Below, piece after piece: positions 39,608 to 49,433 of a stretch of DNA of 64,000 nt. The first letter of the stretch is position 1; each line of letters starts with the position of its first letter. The stretch is from an uncultured delta proteobacterium (GTDB lineage: Bacteria; Desulfobacterota; Binatia; UBA9968), in contig CAVYTU010000014.1 of assembly GCA_963771465.1 (NCBI GenBank), forward strand, positions 224,001 to 288,000, in the 5' to 3' direction. Under the pieces are notes generated by a model. That model was not told where the DNA came from and did not search any database. It saw only the letters and a list, made by a program, of their open reading frames with translations. The position numbers and the translations under genes are program-made.

Positions 39608-40594
39608 TTACTTGACCACCTTCGTCACCCGCATGAGCACGATCGGTGGAATCGTCAGGCCAAGCGCCTTGGCGGTTTTAAAATTGATCACTAGGTCAAA
39701 CTTCGTCGGCTGCTCGACGGGTAAGTCGGCTGGCTTGGCGCCTTTTAGAATTCTGTCAACGAAGTAAGCGGCGCGCCTGTAGTTTTCGTTCCGGTCAGGT
39801 CCGTAGGACATCAACCCGCCACTCGCGACAAAATCTTCTCGAGGATAAATCGCTGGCAAGTGAAATGTCGCTGCTATGTCCGCAATCTGTTTCTGGCTTT
39901 GAACAGCGAAGGTACTCGACGCCACGGCGAGAGCGGCGCTGCGCGCCTTGATCGCTTCTTTGAACGCGCTCTCGAGTTTGGCGGCGCTGCTTACTTCCAT
40001 GGAATGCAGTTGCAGACCCAGTTCGCGTGCCGGCAGTTGGCTTTCTTTCCATTGTTGTTGCCCAGAAGGACTTTGCGTATTCCATAGAACCGCAACGCGG
40101 GCGAGCTTGGGAATGGTATCCTTGAGGAGCTCAAGTCGCTTGCCGGCCAACACCGGCGCAATGCTGGTGAACCCCGTGATATTTCCCCCGGGCCGAGCCA
40201 AGCTGTCAACCAACCCTGCCTCAACAGGATCGGACACGTTGTAGAAGACGATGGGGATAGTCCGAGTAGCGTTCTTGAGAGCTAGGACTCCCTCCGTATT
40301 GGGCGTGAGGAGCACATCAACCCCCAGACGGACTAGTTCGTCAGCCATGGCGGCAAGACGGTCTTGATTACCCTCCCCATAGCGAACCTCAAATGTTATG
40401 TTCTTTCCTTCAGTGTAACCACGTGCACGGATCTCTCGCCTGAACAATTCGCGTCCATGTCCGAAGGTTGACGGGGAACCAGATGCGAGCCAGCCAAGCT
40501 TAGCTGCCTTCGCCTGCTGCTGCGCCTCGGCCATGACCGCAACAGTAAACAGTGCCACCGCAACCAGAATTGTTGGCACCTCAACTCTTTTCAC
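39608..40594 (-). CDS. ABC transporter substrate-binding protein (ABC_sub_bind family)
   Basis: GYTEGKNI, DPVEAGLVDSLARPGGNITG, GGLMSYG, KGAKPADLPVEQPTKF. Confidence 0.92.
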   Translation of the reverse strand: MKRVEVPTILVAVALFTVAVMAEAQQQAKAAKLGWLASGSPSTFGHGRELFRREIRARGYTEGKNITFEVRYGEGNQDRLAAMADELVRLGVDVLLTPNTEGVLALKNATRTIPIVFYNVSDPVEAGLVDSLARPGGNITGFTSIAPVLAGKRLELLKDTIPKLARVAVLWNTQSPSGQQQWKESQLPARELGLQLHSMEVSSAAKLESAFKEAIKARSAALAVASSTFAVQSQKQIADIAATFHLPAIYPREDFVASGGLMSYGPDRNENYRRAAYFVDRILKGAKPADLPVEQPTKFDLVINFKTAKALGLTIPPIVLMRVTKVVK

Positions 40595-40809
40595 TGCGCA
40601 CCTCAGTTCGAGCGTTATTTATCACGCTCGTGGAAATAAAGAAAAGTGTAATTTACGACGGAAAGCGCCGACGTTTCTTCGAGGAAAACAAAGAAATTTT
40701 GGCGTAGGACTGAACTGAACGACGTTACAGTTCCATTACATACAAAATGTAAAGCAGCAGACGCCCGGTTCGCTTCGGTCTAATTTCAGCGAATGCACCG
40801 CGCATCATT

Positions 40810-40950
40810 TGACTGAAAGATATTAGTCTAAATTTTGAAAACCCGATGAATTTTTTACTTCTGGCAAAGTAATGGCAAAGTAGACGGCGAAAATGCACTT
40901 CCGCAACGAGAGCAAAAATCTAACTGGTTGGATTTAAAGAAGTAAAAATG
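40810..40950. repeat. att arm A adjoining the intact tRNA-Phe
   Basis: Near-identical to 14567-14710; contains TGGCAAAGTAA-TGGCAAAGTAG. Confidence 0.88.
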
Positions 40951-41023
<73 letters not shown>

Positions 41024-41078
41024 AAAATAAAGCGAACTTGGAATATTGCTTAAAAGCTGAGGGGAGTCAAGATTTCGC

Positions 41079-42041
41079 CTAAATTCCGGAGAGATTTTCC
41101 ACTTGTCGTTCGACGAAGTCGATCACCTGACGCTCTAAACTGACGCCGTTTAACGCATTGATCTCTTGGATACCGGTGGGACTGGTCACGTTGACTTCGG
41201 TCAAGAAACTGCCGATCACGTCCAAGCCGACAAAATGCAAACCATCGGCGCGCAAAAGCGGCGCTAGCGCGGCGCAAATTTCTTGGTCGCGTGCCGTCAC
41301 CTCGGTCTTTACGCAGCTGCCGCCGACATGAATGTTGCCGCGCGTTTCAGACTCAAGCGGCACGCGCAGAACCGCGCCGAGCGGTTCACCATTTAAGACA
41401 ACGATTCGTTTATCCCCCTGGCGAATTTCCGGCAAATAACGCTGACCCATGACCAGCCGTCGGCCATTGTCGGTGGCCGCTTCCAAGATGGCGTTGGTAT
41501 TGCGGTCTTGCTCGTTTAAATAAAAAACCCCGCTGCCGCCGCAGCCGTCGAGCGGTTTGACAATCATCTCGCCGCCCAACTCGGTCATGAAAGTTCTCAA
41601 CTGTTCCATGTTGCCGCTCACCATGGTTTGGGGAATCTGCTCGGGAAAGCGCAAGGCGTAAAGTTTTTCATTCGCCTCGCGTAGCCCTTTTGGATTGTTC
41701 AAGACAAAACATTTGCGCTGATCGATCAAACTGAGCAAATGGGTGGCGAAAAAAAACTTCATGTCAAAGGGTGGATCTTTGCGCATCCACACGCTGGCGA
41801 AATCCTCCAGCGCGCCGGTGACCCATTCACCGAGTTGGTAGTGCGGCGTCGCCCGTGCCAGAGTCAGCCGGCGATAGCGGCCATGCACCGTGCCGGCGCG
41901 GATGAACATGTCGTCGAGCTCCATGAAATAAATTTCATGGCCGCGCCGCTGCGCTTCGAGCATCAATACGAATGTCGTATCCTTGTCGATGTTGATCTTG
42001 TCGACCGGATCCATCACGACGCCGATTTTTAGCTTTGCCAT
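41079..42041 (-). CDS. gshB: Glutathione synthetase
   Basis: VMDP, MRKDPPFD, NEKL, KPLDG.GG, GDKRI, EVNVTSPTG. Confidence 0.96.
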   Translation of the reverse strand: MAKLKIGVVMDPVDKINIDKDTTFVLMLEAQRRGHEIYFMELDDMFIRAGTVHGRYRRLTLARATPHYQLGEWVTGALEDFASVWMRKDPPFDMKFFFATHLLSLIDQRKCFVLNNPKGLREANEKLYALRFPEQIPQTMVSGNMEQLRTFMTELGGEMIVKPLDGCGGSGVFYLNEQDRNTNAILEAATDNGRRLVMGQRYLPEIRQGDKRIVVLNGEPLGAVLRVPLESETRGNIHVGGSCVKTEVTARDQEICAALAPLLRADGLHFVGLDVIGSFLTEVNVTSPTGIQEINALNGVSLERQVIDFVERQVENLSGI

Positions 42042-42062
42042 AAGGTTACCCGTCCGCAGGGT

Positions 42063-42764
42063 TTAATCTCTAACCACCCAGGTGCGCGCTAAGTAGTCAT
42101 GCCAGCCGCGCTTTTCGCCGCTCCAGATAATCCACAAGCAACTCAAACCGAAAGTCGCGCAGCCGAAACCGATCAAGCCGATGCAGCGCAAAAGAGCGCG
42201 GCGATAGGTGATCGCCATCTGCGCCGAATCAACAACGCGCAAACCGAGCAGCCATTTGCCGACGGTTTTGCCGTCTGAGCCATGAAACACGACAAAGTAA
42301 GCGGTCGCGAGAAAAATCCAGGCAAAGGTCAGAATCCCAAATAGCGGCGTAAGGTTATCCAATGAAACAAATCGTCCGTGCGCGGCCAAGCCAACTTTGT
42401 AGCCGACGTAGGCCATAACTCCCATCAGCGCCGAAAGCAAAACGATCGTGACTAAGTCGATAACGAAAGCCAGCATGCGGCGGAAAAAACCGCCGTAGGT
42501 AAATTCCGGCGCTGCTTCACTCGGTGCAAACACTGACGGCGCGAGCTCGGCGGCGTCTTTCCGCTCCGGGATACGCCAGTCAGCTTTTTCCACCGGCTCG
42601 ACAATTTCGCTTGGCTCCTCCAAAGTCAGCTTGAAATCCTCCGGGCGCGACGCGCCGAAAACGATCCGGCGATGCAATAATTTAGCGCCGCATCGTTCAC
42701 AGCGTTCGGCATCATCGGGCACCGGGGATTCGCAATTTTGGCAGTTCATAGCTCGATTAACCAA
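42063..42764 (-). CDS. RDD family protein with N-terminal zinc ribbon
   Basis: CQNC..CERC; GFFRR.LAF.ID; G.TVGK.LLGLRVV; HDYLA.T.V. Confidence 0.88.
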   Translation of the reverse strand: MVNRAMNCQNCESPVPDDAERCERCGAKLLHRRIVFGASRPEDFKLTLEEPSEIVEPVEKADWRIPERKDAAELAPSVFAPSEAAPEFTYGGFFRRMLAFVIDLVTIVLLSALMGVMAYVGYKVGLAAHGRFVSLDNLTPLFGILTFAWIFLATAYFVVFHGSDGKTVGKWLLGLRVVDSAQMAITYRRALLRCIGLIGFGCATFGLSCLWIIWSGEKRGWHDYLARTWVVRD

Positions 42765-42812
42765 TATTGACAGAAGTCATGCTAGAGAAAGCGCGCGGGC
42801 GACGCAAGCGGG

Positions 42813-43553
42813 TTAACTCAGATCACCCCAAAGAAATTGCACCAACGAGAGCGTCGTTAGGGCGGCAGTCTCAGCGCGAAGAATCCGGCGTCCCAATTGA
42901 ACCAATGCAAAGCCATGCGCCTGCGCCAATTCGGCTTCCGCCGCGCTAAAGCCGCCTTCGGGACCGATCACGAGTGTTACCGCGGCAGCTTTCCGATGGC
43001 TTTCGTACACGGCAGCTAACGATCGCTCGGTTTCCTTCTCCCAAAATAATAGTTTGACGGCTTCGTCCGATGGCCGCTTGACTACTTCTTGAAAGGTGCA
43101 AAGCGGCAAGACTTCCGGCACTATCGTGCGCCCGCATTGCTTGGCCGCGCTGAGCGCGATCTTGCGCCAGCGTTCGGTGCGTGTAGCAATCCGTCGCTCA
43201 TCGAGTTTCGGTACCGCGTAAGTCGACGTGAACGGAAGGATCGTTTGGGCGCCGAGCTCCGTCGCTTTCTCCACGACAAAATCGAACTTATCTCCCTTGG
43301 TCAATCCAGCCGCGAGAGTAATTTGCAGAGGCGACTCGCGACGGGCCTGGGAAGAACTGAGAATTTCGATTTCACCTTGCGCCGTGGCGAGCGAACGGAT
43401 CACCGCTTCATGCTCCCAACCGGTGTCGTCGAAAACCGTGATGGGATCGCCAGGCTTCAGACGCAAGACTTTGCGCAGATGCTCCAACTCTTGACCGTCA
43501 ATCGTGCCGCGCTTATCGCGAATCTGTTTGCTCGGTAGAAAAAAACGCGCCAT
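42813..43553 (-). CDS. rsmE: 16S rRNA m3U1498 methyltransferase
   Basis: HLRKVLRL, KATELG, IGPEGGFS, LGRRILRAETA. Confidence 0.95.
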   Translation of the reverse strand: MARFFLPSKQIRDKRGTIDGQELEHLRKVLRLKPGDPITVFDDTGWEHEAVIRSLATAQGEIEILSSSQARRESPLQITLAAGLTKGDKFDFVVEKATELGAQTILPFTSTYAVPKLDERRIATRTERWRKIALSAAKQCGRTIVPEVLPLCTFQEVVKRPSDEAVKLLFWEKETERSLAAVYESHRKAAAVTLVIGPEGGFSAAEAELAQAHGFALVQLGRRILRAETAALTTLSLVQFLWGDLS

Positions 43554-43558
43554 GGCTG

Positions 43559-44423
43559 CTATTTTCTTTGCAGCAGTAAGGTCGTCCACTCGCGACCGCG
43601 CTTTTGCCGGACGACTCGGAACTTCGTCCGAAAACAGCGGCGAATCAATTCGGCCTTTTGTGACACAATTCCCGAAAGAATGAGAAAGCCTTTCGCTTCA
43701 ACTCTTTTTTCCATCGTGATGGCAAGCTCGACGATCGTCTCGGCGGTCAAGTTGGCGACCACTACGGGAAAACCTTCTCCTGATGCTCCCCAGCTTAACA
43801 CCTGATAAATGAACTTTGTCCACCGTACCGTTGGCCCGCAAGTTTTCCCGCGCAACTTCGAGGGCCACCGGATCGTTGTCGATGGCCCAAACCGGCTTGG
43901 CGCCCAATTTGACTAGCACGATGGCGAGAATGCCGGCGCCGGTGCCGACATCGAGCGCCGTGAAGCGACGACCGCTAAGCGAATCGGCGACTTGCTCGAT
44001 AAATTCCATGCAGCCGCGCGTCGTCGCGTGGGTGCCGGTGCCAAAAGCCAAGCCGGGTTCGATGGTGATGACTTGGCGCGAGCGAAATTTTGGCGGCGTC
44101 AGCCACGGTGGTGTCACCCAAAAAGATTGGCCAACGCGGCGCGGTTTGATGAAGCGGCGCCAGGAGTCATGCCAGTTTTCACCAACGATGACTCGCCACT
44201 TAAGCGATCTGGCGCCCCGGGGATTAAGAATTTCACCGTCGTTCAAAAATCGAACGACTCTCTGCTTGAGCGCGGTATCGCCACGCGAACGGGGAAAGTA
44301 CGCTTCCAATCCGTGCCGCTTCAGGACGACGCCGGGCGCACCCTGCTCCATGAGAAAATTCGCCACGGCGTCAAGTTTCGCCGCGCCGATTTCGAGCGAT
44401 AGATGAAGCCAAGATTCTTGCAC
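43559..44423 (-). CDS. prmA: Ribosomal protein L11 methyltransferase, frameshift near 43770
   Basis: IEPGLAFGTGTHATT, DVGTGAGILA; VANL...LILSGI...EW in second frame. Confidence 0.88.
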
Positions 44424-44541
44424 AAGGTTTTATGCCACAGCCATACCAAGTGATCAATTGTGTCGGTGATTTTGCCCCGCCGTCTTGTCAAAATCGCCGC
44501 TTCCAGATATTGAAAATGAACGCAGATAAAAGGAGTCATGC

Positions 44542-45414
44542 ATGAAACTCGCCACCACGAAATCCGACGGCGTCGCGATTGTGAACAATGACCTGCTGAT
44601 CCCCATCGGCGACATCATGCCGAAGGGTTCGACGATGATCGATCTGATCGAGCAATACGACGGTGTTAAAGATCGATTGAAGGCTCTCGCCGCGACCGGC
44701 AAGGGCATAAAGCTCGACGCCAAGCTGCTCAAGCCGCCGGTGGAGCGGCCGTCGAAGATCTACGCCGCCGCCGGCAATTACCAACGTGGTACCGGCGGCC
44801 TAGACGCCGGTCGTGGCCGTGGCAGCGCTTCGACGGTCTCCCCGGACGAGTTATTGGAGAACATTTTCTTGAAACCACCGTCGGCGATCGCCGGACCGGA
44901 AGATAATATCGTCATTCCTAGGAACGCCGAGTCGATCTTTCCCGAGCTCGAGCTTTGCGTGGTCATCGGCAAAAAGGCGCGCCACTTGAGTAAAGCCCAA
45001 GCCATGGACGTGGTATTTGGCTACACCATCATGCAAGACGTTACGGCGCGCGGCTTCGGCAAGAGCAAGAACATGGGCGGCACCCGCAGTGTGCGCAAGG
45101 GCTTTGAAACCTTCGCCCCCATTGGACCCTGGATCACCACCGCCGATGAGATTCGTGAGCCGCATAACCTTTGGATGAAACTGTGGATCAACGGCGAGCT
45201 GGCGCAATCGGCCAAGACCGATGCCATGATCAACGACATTCCGACGCAGATCAGCTTCCTATCCTCCGTGACAACGCTCTACCCGGGCGACCTGCTCACC
45301 ACCGGCAATCCCGATTCGCCCGAGTTCCAGGCCAAACTCAAACCCGGCGACGTGCTCAAATCCGAGATCGAAGGTATTGGCGCCATGAACCAAGGTGTGG
45401 CCAAAGAAAGCTAA
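44542..45414 (+). CDS. Fumarylacetoacetate hydrolase family protein
   Basis: FLKP, ELELCVVIGK, DVTAR, KGFETFAPIGP, TLYPGDLLTTG. Confidence 0.9.
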   Translation: MKLATTKSDGVAIVNNDLLIPIGDIMPKGSTMIDLIEQYDGVKDRLKALAATGKGIKLDAKLLKPPVERPSKIYAAAGNYQRGTGGLDAGRGRGSASTVSPDELLENIFLKPPSAIAGPEDNIVIPRNAESIFPELELCVVIGKKARHLSKAQAMDVVFGYTIMQDVTARGFGKSKNMGGTRSVRKGFETFAPIGPWITTADEIREPHNLWMKLWINGELAQSAKTDAMINDIPTQISFLSSVTTLYPGDLLTTGNPDSPEFQAKLKPGDVLKSEIEGIGAMNQGVAKES

Positions 45415-45424
45415 TTGAAAAATC

Positions 45425-46753
45425 ATGATACGCATCGCGCCCTTTCGCGGGATTTTTTACAATCAGAAAAAGTTTCGCGACTTGAGCAAAGTCATCGCGC
45501 CGCCCTACGATGTCATCTCGAAAGACGAACAGGAAAAGCTGTATAAAAAATCGCCGCATAATTTCGTCCGCTTGGATCTGAGCCAGGAGCCGGATTCTTA
45601 TTCCGCCGTCGCCGCATTGCTCGATGAATGGCAAAGCCAGGGTATTTTGGAACGCGATGAAAGGCCGGCGCTTTACTTTTTGTCACACCGGTTCAAGCTC
45701 AAATCCGGCGAGCAGAAGCTGCGCAATGGTTTTTTCGCCCTCGTCGAACTGCAAGATCCGGCCACCGGCGACATCCGGCCCCATGAGAAAACCCTCGACG
45801 CGCCCAAAGAAGACCGTTTGAAACTGATGCTCGCTTGCCACGCCCAGCTGAGCCCCATCTTCGCGCTCTACGCTGATCCGAAGCAAAGCATCAACCGCAT
45901 GCTCGCCGTCGCCCTCGAAGGCGTGGCGCCGTTTGTCGAGGTCCAGCTGGATAGCGATGACGAATGCAAGCTTTGGCGTATCACCGACCCGGCAGTGATC
46001 GAAAAAGTGCAGCGGGAGATGAGAGAACAAACCTTGCTCATCGCCGACGGCCATCACCGCTATGAAGCGACGCTAAGATACCGCGATCAGTTGCGCAGCG
46101 AGCGCGGTCAGTTTACCGGCAGCGAAGCGTTTAACTACATCATGACCTACTGCGCCAACATGAACGATGACAACGTGGTGATCTTGCCGACGCACCGTCT
46201 GGTGCGTGGCTTCACCCACAAGCCGTTCTTAGAGTTAGAAGAAGCGCTGCAAACCTACTTTTACGTTGAGCAACATCCCAAGACGCCGGAAGGCAAGGTG
46301 TCATTCTTAAAAGCACTCAAAACCGCCGCCAAGAAACATCGGGTCATCGGCGCCAGCTTCAAGCGCGACCCGCGCTATCTGATCCTGCGGCTGAAAAACA
46401 AGCGCAGCATGCAGCGCTTAGCCAAAGACTTGAGCGCGCCGCTCAGAGAACTCGACGTCAGCACGCTGCATTTGCTGATACTGGAACATATTCTCGCCAT
46501 GTCGCCCGAGCAGCAAGTCAGCGGCGAAACCATCCGCTACTCCCAAGACGAAGAGGCCGTGCTGCAATCTTTAGAAAAAGAAGATTTTCAAGCCGCCTTT
46601 ATTCTGGCGGCGACCAAGAAGGAAGAGATTCAGACCATCGTCGCCGCCGGCGAGAAGATGCCGCAAAAGTCGACCTACTTCTATCCCAAGCTAAGCTCAG
46701 GACTGATCGTCAACAAGATCGATCCGGATGAACAGATAGAGTCTAACCGATAG
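45425..46753 (+). CDS. DUF1015 family protein
   Basis: APPYDVIS, PHEKT, IADGHHRY, MPQKSTYFYPK. Confidence 0.92.
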   Translation: MIRIAPFRGIFYNQKKFRDLSKVIAPPYDVISKDEQEKLYKKSPHNFVRLDLSQEPDSYSAVAALLDEWQSQGILERDERPALYFLSHRFKLKSGEQKLRNGFFALVELQDPATGDIRPHEKTLDAPKEDRLKLMLACHAQLSPIFALYADPKQSINRMLAVALEGVAPFVEVQLDSDDECKLWRITDPAVIEKVQREMREQTLLIADGHHRYEATLRYRDQLRSERGQFTGSEAFNYIMTYCANMNDDNVVILPTHRLVRGFTHKPFLELEEALQTYFYVEQHPKTPEGKVSFLKALKTAAKKHRVIGASFKRDPRYLILRLKNKRSMQRLAKDLSAPLRELDVSTLHLLILEHILAMSPEQQVSGETIRYSQDEEAVLQSLEKEDFQAAFILAATKKEEIQTIVAAGEKMPQKSTYFYPKLSSGLIVNKIDPDEQIESNR

Positions 46754-46843
46754 TAAAGAGCGCTCGGTGAGAAATTGATTTGAAAGAGAGCGAAGCTCGT
46801 CACAAACGACGAACTGCTTCCTAATGGCAATCTCAACTCGAAT

Positions 46844-48226
46844 TTATCCCAGCGGTTTCACCAACTGTCCGTCCCCTGGCTTGCCGACGATCTTGCCGTC
46901 TTGCATCACCGTCTTGCCGCGAAGGATTGTGCGGATCGGCACGCCTTTGACCTTGCGGCCGTTGTACGGCGTCCAGCCGACTTTGGTGTAAGTCGTCTCG
47001 TTGGAAATTATCTCTTCCTTGTTCATGTCGACGATCACCATGTCGGCATCCGAGCCCGGCAGAATCACACCTTTCTTCGGATAGATGTTAAAAACTTTGG
47101 CCGGGTTGTACGAGGAAATTCGCACCAAGCGGTCGAGCGACAGCTTGCCTTCGTTCACCGCGTCGAGAAAAAGACTCAAATAGTCTTGAATCTGCGGCTC
47201 GCCGCCGGGACAACTCCACATATCGGCCCAGCCGCGATCTTTCTCTTCTTTCGTATGCGGCGCGTGATCGGTGCCGATCATATCGATGGTGCCGTCGTTG
47301 ATCGCTTCCCAGAGTCCGTTGACATGCGCCGGCGGCACCCAAAAGCCCAAGCAATAGGGTCCCAGCTTCTCGACATTTTCCCATGTTCCCAAAAACATCG
47401 CCCAGGGATTGACCTCGCAGCTGCACGGCCGCCCTTCATCCTTGGCGCGGCGCAGCATTGCGATACCTTCCGGCGTCGTCATGTGGAGAATATGCAGTCG
47501 GGCGCCGAGCGCTTTTTGCATGCGAAACAGTGTCGCCATCGCGGTGTCCCAGATGATGCCATCATAGTCGCGATAGGCTTTGGCGTAAGCTTGCGGGCTG
47601 CGGTCTTCGCGTTTCCAATAGCGCCCTTCGATCTCGTCCATCAAATCTTGATCGTGCGGATGAACCATCAAAGGCAGGCCGGTGCTGCCCACGGTCTCAA
47701 AACATTTGAACAACTCGCCGTTATTGTTGATGCCGATGCCGGGCATATGCGGATAATCGCGACCGGTGTCTTTAACCATGAAGATCTTGAATGCCAACGG
47801 CCCTTCTTTAGCCAGCCCAGGAATTTCTTCCGGCACCGTGCCGGATGGATTGTGATTGAAGTCGACGATGGCGTTCTTGCTGTGATGTTCGATGAGCGCG
47901 CGATAACGCTCCACCGTTGTCGTCGGCGGATTGACGTTGGGCATGCCGATGGAAGTCGTTACACCGCCGGCCGCCGCGGCCATGGTCGCCGTCGTAATAT
48001 CCTCTTTGTAAGTGAAGCCGGGATCGCGGTGATGGGTGTGGGTATCGATCAGGCCGGGAATAATTTTTTTGCCCTTCGCGTCGATGACCGTATCGGCGCT
48101 CTCCGGCAGCACCGGCGGCTTACCGAGCGCGACAATCTTGCCATCGCTTACCGCGATATCGGCGTCGATGAATCCTCCAGGCGTCCAAACCTCACCGTTT
48201 TTCACCACCAGATCGATCTTGGCCAT
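46844..48226 (-). CDS. Dihydroorotase/allantoinase-family cyclic amidohydrolase
   Basis: PGLIDTHTHHRDPG, AAAAGGVT, GTDHAPH, GSDAD. Confidence 0.88.
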   Translation of the reverse strand: MAKIDLVVKNGEVWTPGGFIDADIAVSDGKIVALGKPPVLPESADTVIDAKGKKIIPGLIDTHTHHRDPGFTYKEDITTATMAAAAGGVTTSIGMPNVNPPTTTVERYRALIEHHSKNAIVDFNHNPSGTVPEEIPGLAKEGPLAFKIFMVKDTGRDYPHMPGIGINNNGELFKCFETVGSTGLPLMVHPHDQDLMDEIEGRYWKREDRSPQAYAKAYRDYDGIIWDTAMATLFRMQKALGARLHILHMTTPEGIAMLRRAKDEGRPCSCEVNPWAMFLGTWENVEKLGPYCLGFWVPPAHVNGLWEAINDGTIDMIGTDHAPHTKEEKDRGWADMWSCPGGEPQIQDYLSLFLDAVNEGKLSLDRLVRISSYNPAKVFNIYPKKGVILPGSDADMVIVDMNKEEIISNETTYTKVGWTPYNGRKVKGVPIRTILRGKTVMQDGKIVGKPGDGQLVKPLG

Positions 48227-48413
48227 GAGTTCACCCTCTTCCTGCACAAATAATGAAAATCTTTTATATGATCCGTGCTTATAAGAGTCAAATCAGCTCT
48301 CGGAAGTGCGCCGTATCGACGTCAAACTTAGCTTGACTCACCAGATGAAATCTGAAAACATCGCTCCGCTCCAGCCCACGACCGAATCAACAGACCCGAG
48401 GAGAACGCCGCAA

Positions 48414-49421
48414 ATGCTTAGCAAAACTGCTCTGTGTCTAACGTTCATAGTGTGTCTGTCCAATGCCAGCGCGCTCTACGCGCAAAGCGCGCAGCTCATC
48501 GAAGCGGCAAAGAAGGAAGGCAAAGCGGTCATCTACGGTTCGCTCGAATCCGATACCATGGACGCCATCCTCCAAGGCTTTAGGAAAAAGACCGGCATCG
48601 AAGCCGAGTACTGGCGCGCGTCGGCAACCAAAGTAATGGACCGCGCCATGACCGAGTTTCGCGCCGGCAAAACCGGCGCCGATGCCGTTGTCGCCGCCGA
48701 TAACGTCATGCGCTTGATGCAGACGGACGGCTACTTTCAGAAATACAATTCACCGACCAACAGCGATTTCCCCAAGGACGTCCTCGATCCAAACCTCGGG
48801 CCGCGCTACCGCAACGTCGTTGTCGGCGTGGTCTATAATAAATCGGCGCTGAAGCAGAACGAATATCCCAAATCGTTGGAAGATCTCGCCAAACCGCAGT
48901 ACAAAGGCAAAATCGTCATGCCCGACCCGACTCAACACACGACCACGACTCAGTGGTTGGCGAGTCTGTATAAGATCATGGGCAAGGAAAAGAGCGAAAA
49001 ATTCATGCGCGACCTCGCCGCCAACAAACCGACCTGGGTCGAGTCGCTTTTGCCCGCCGCGGAAAGAGTCGCCAGCGGCGAATTACCGATCGCCATCACT
49101 TACGTAAAGTATGCTTATATTCACGGCCAGAAAGGCGCGCCGGTGGATTATGTCAGAGACGCAAAATTGATCGGTGATGCCAGCTACATCACGCTGGCCA
49201 ATAAAGCGCCCCGCGTCAACGCCGGTAAAGCCTTCATCGACTACTTTCTCGACAACGAGAGCATGAACATGATGGCCAAACTGGGCGAGTTCGTGAATCG
49301 CAAAGGCATACTGCCGCCTTTGGCCGGCGCCGACAAGATCGGCTTTGTCGAGATGGACGATTTGAGCACCAAAGACTTCGCCGAGAAGAAAAAAGAATAC
49401 ACGCAGATATTCTTGCGCTAG
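48414..49421 (+). CDS. ABC substrate-binding protein (Fe3+/thiamine-type, SBP_bac_6-like)
   Basis: LIEAAKKEGK..IY, YNK, KGKIVM.DP, NAGKAFIDY. Confidence 0.85.
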   Translation: MLSKTALCLTFIVCLSNASALYAQSAQLIEAAKKEGKAVIYGSLESDTMDAILQGFRKKTGIEAEYWRASATKVMDRAMTEFRAGKTGADAVVAADNVMRLMQTDGYFQKYNSPTNSDFPKDVLDPNLGPRYRNVVVGVVYNKSALKQNEYPKSLEDLAKPQYKGKIVMPDPTQHTTTTQWLASLYKIMGKEKSEKFMRDLAANKPTWVESLLPAAERVASGELPIAITYVKYAYIHGQKGAPVDYVRDAKLIGDASYITLANKAPRVNAGKAFIDYFLDNESMNMMAKLGEFVNRKGILPPLAGADKIGFVEMDDLSTKDFAEKKKEYTQIFLR

Positions 49422-49433
49422 CGGGATCGACTG

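Noticed and set aside
46901-48253. Long antisense ORFs (also 8953-9792, 21540-22511, 17564-18445)
   Set aside because: Shadow frames of well-supported genes in GC-rich DNA, without recognisable motifs
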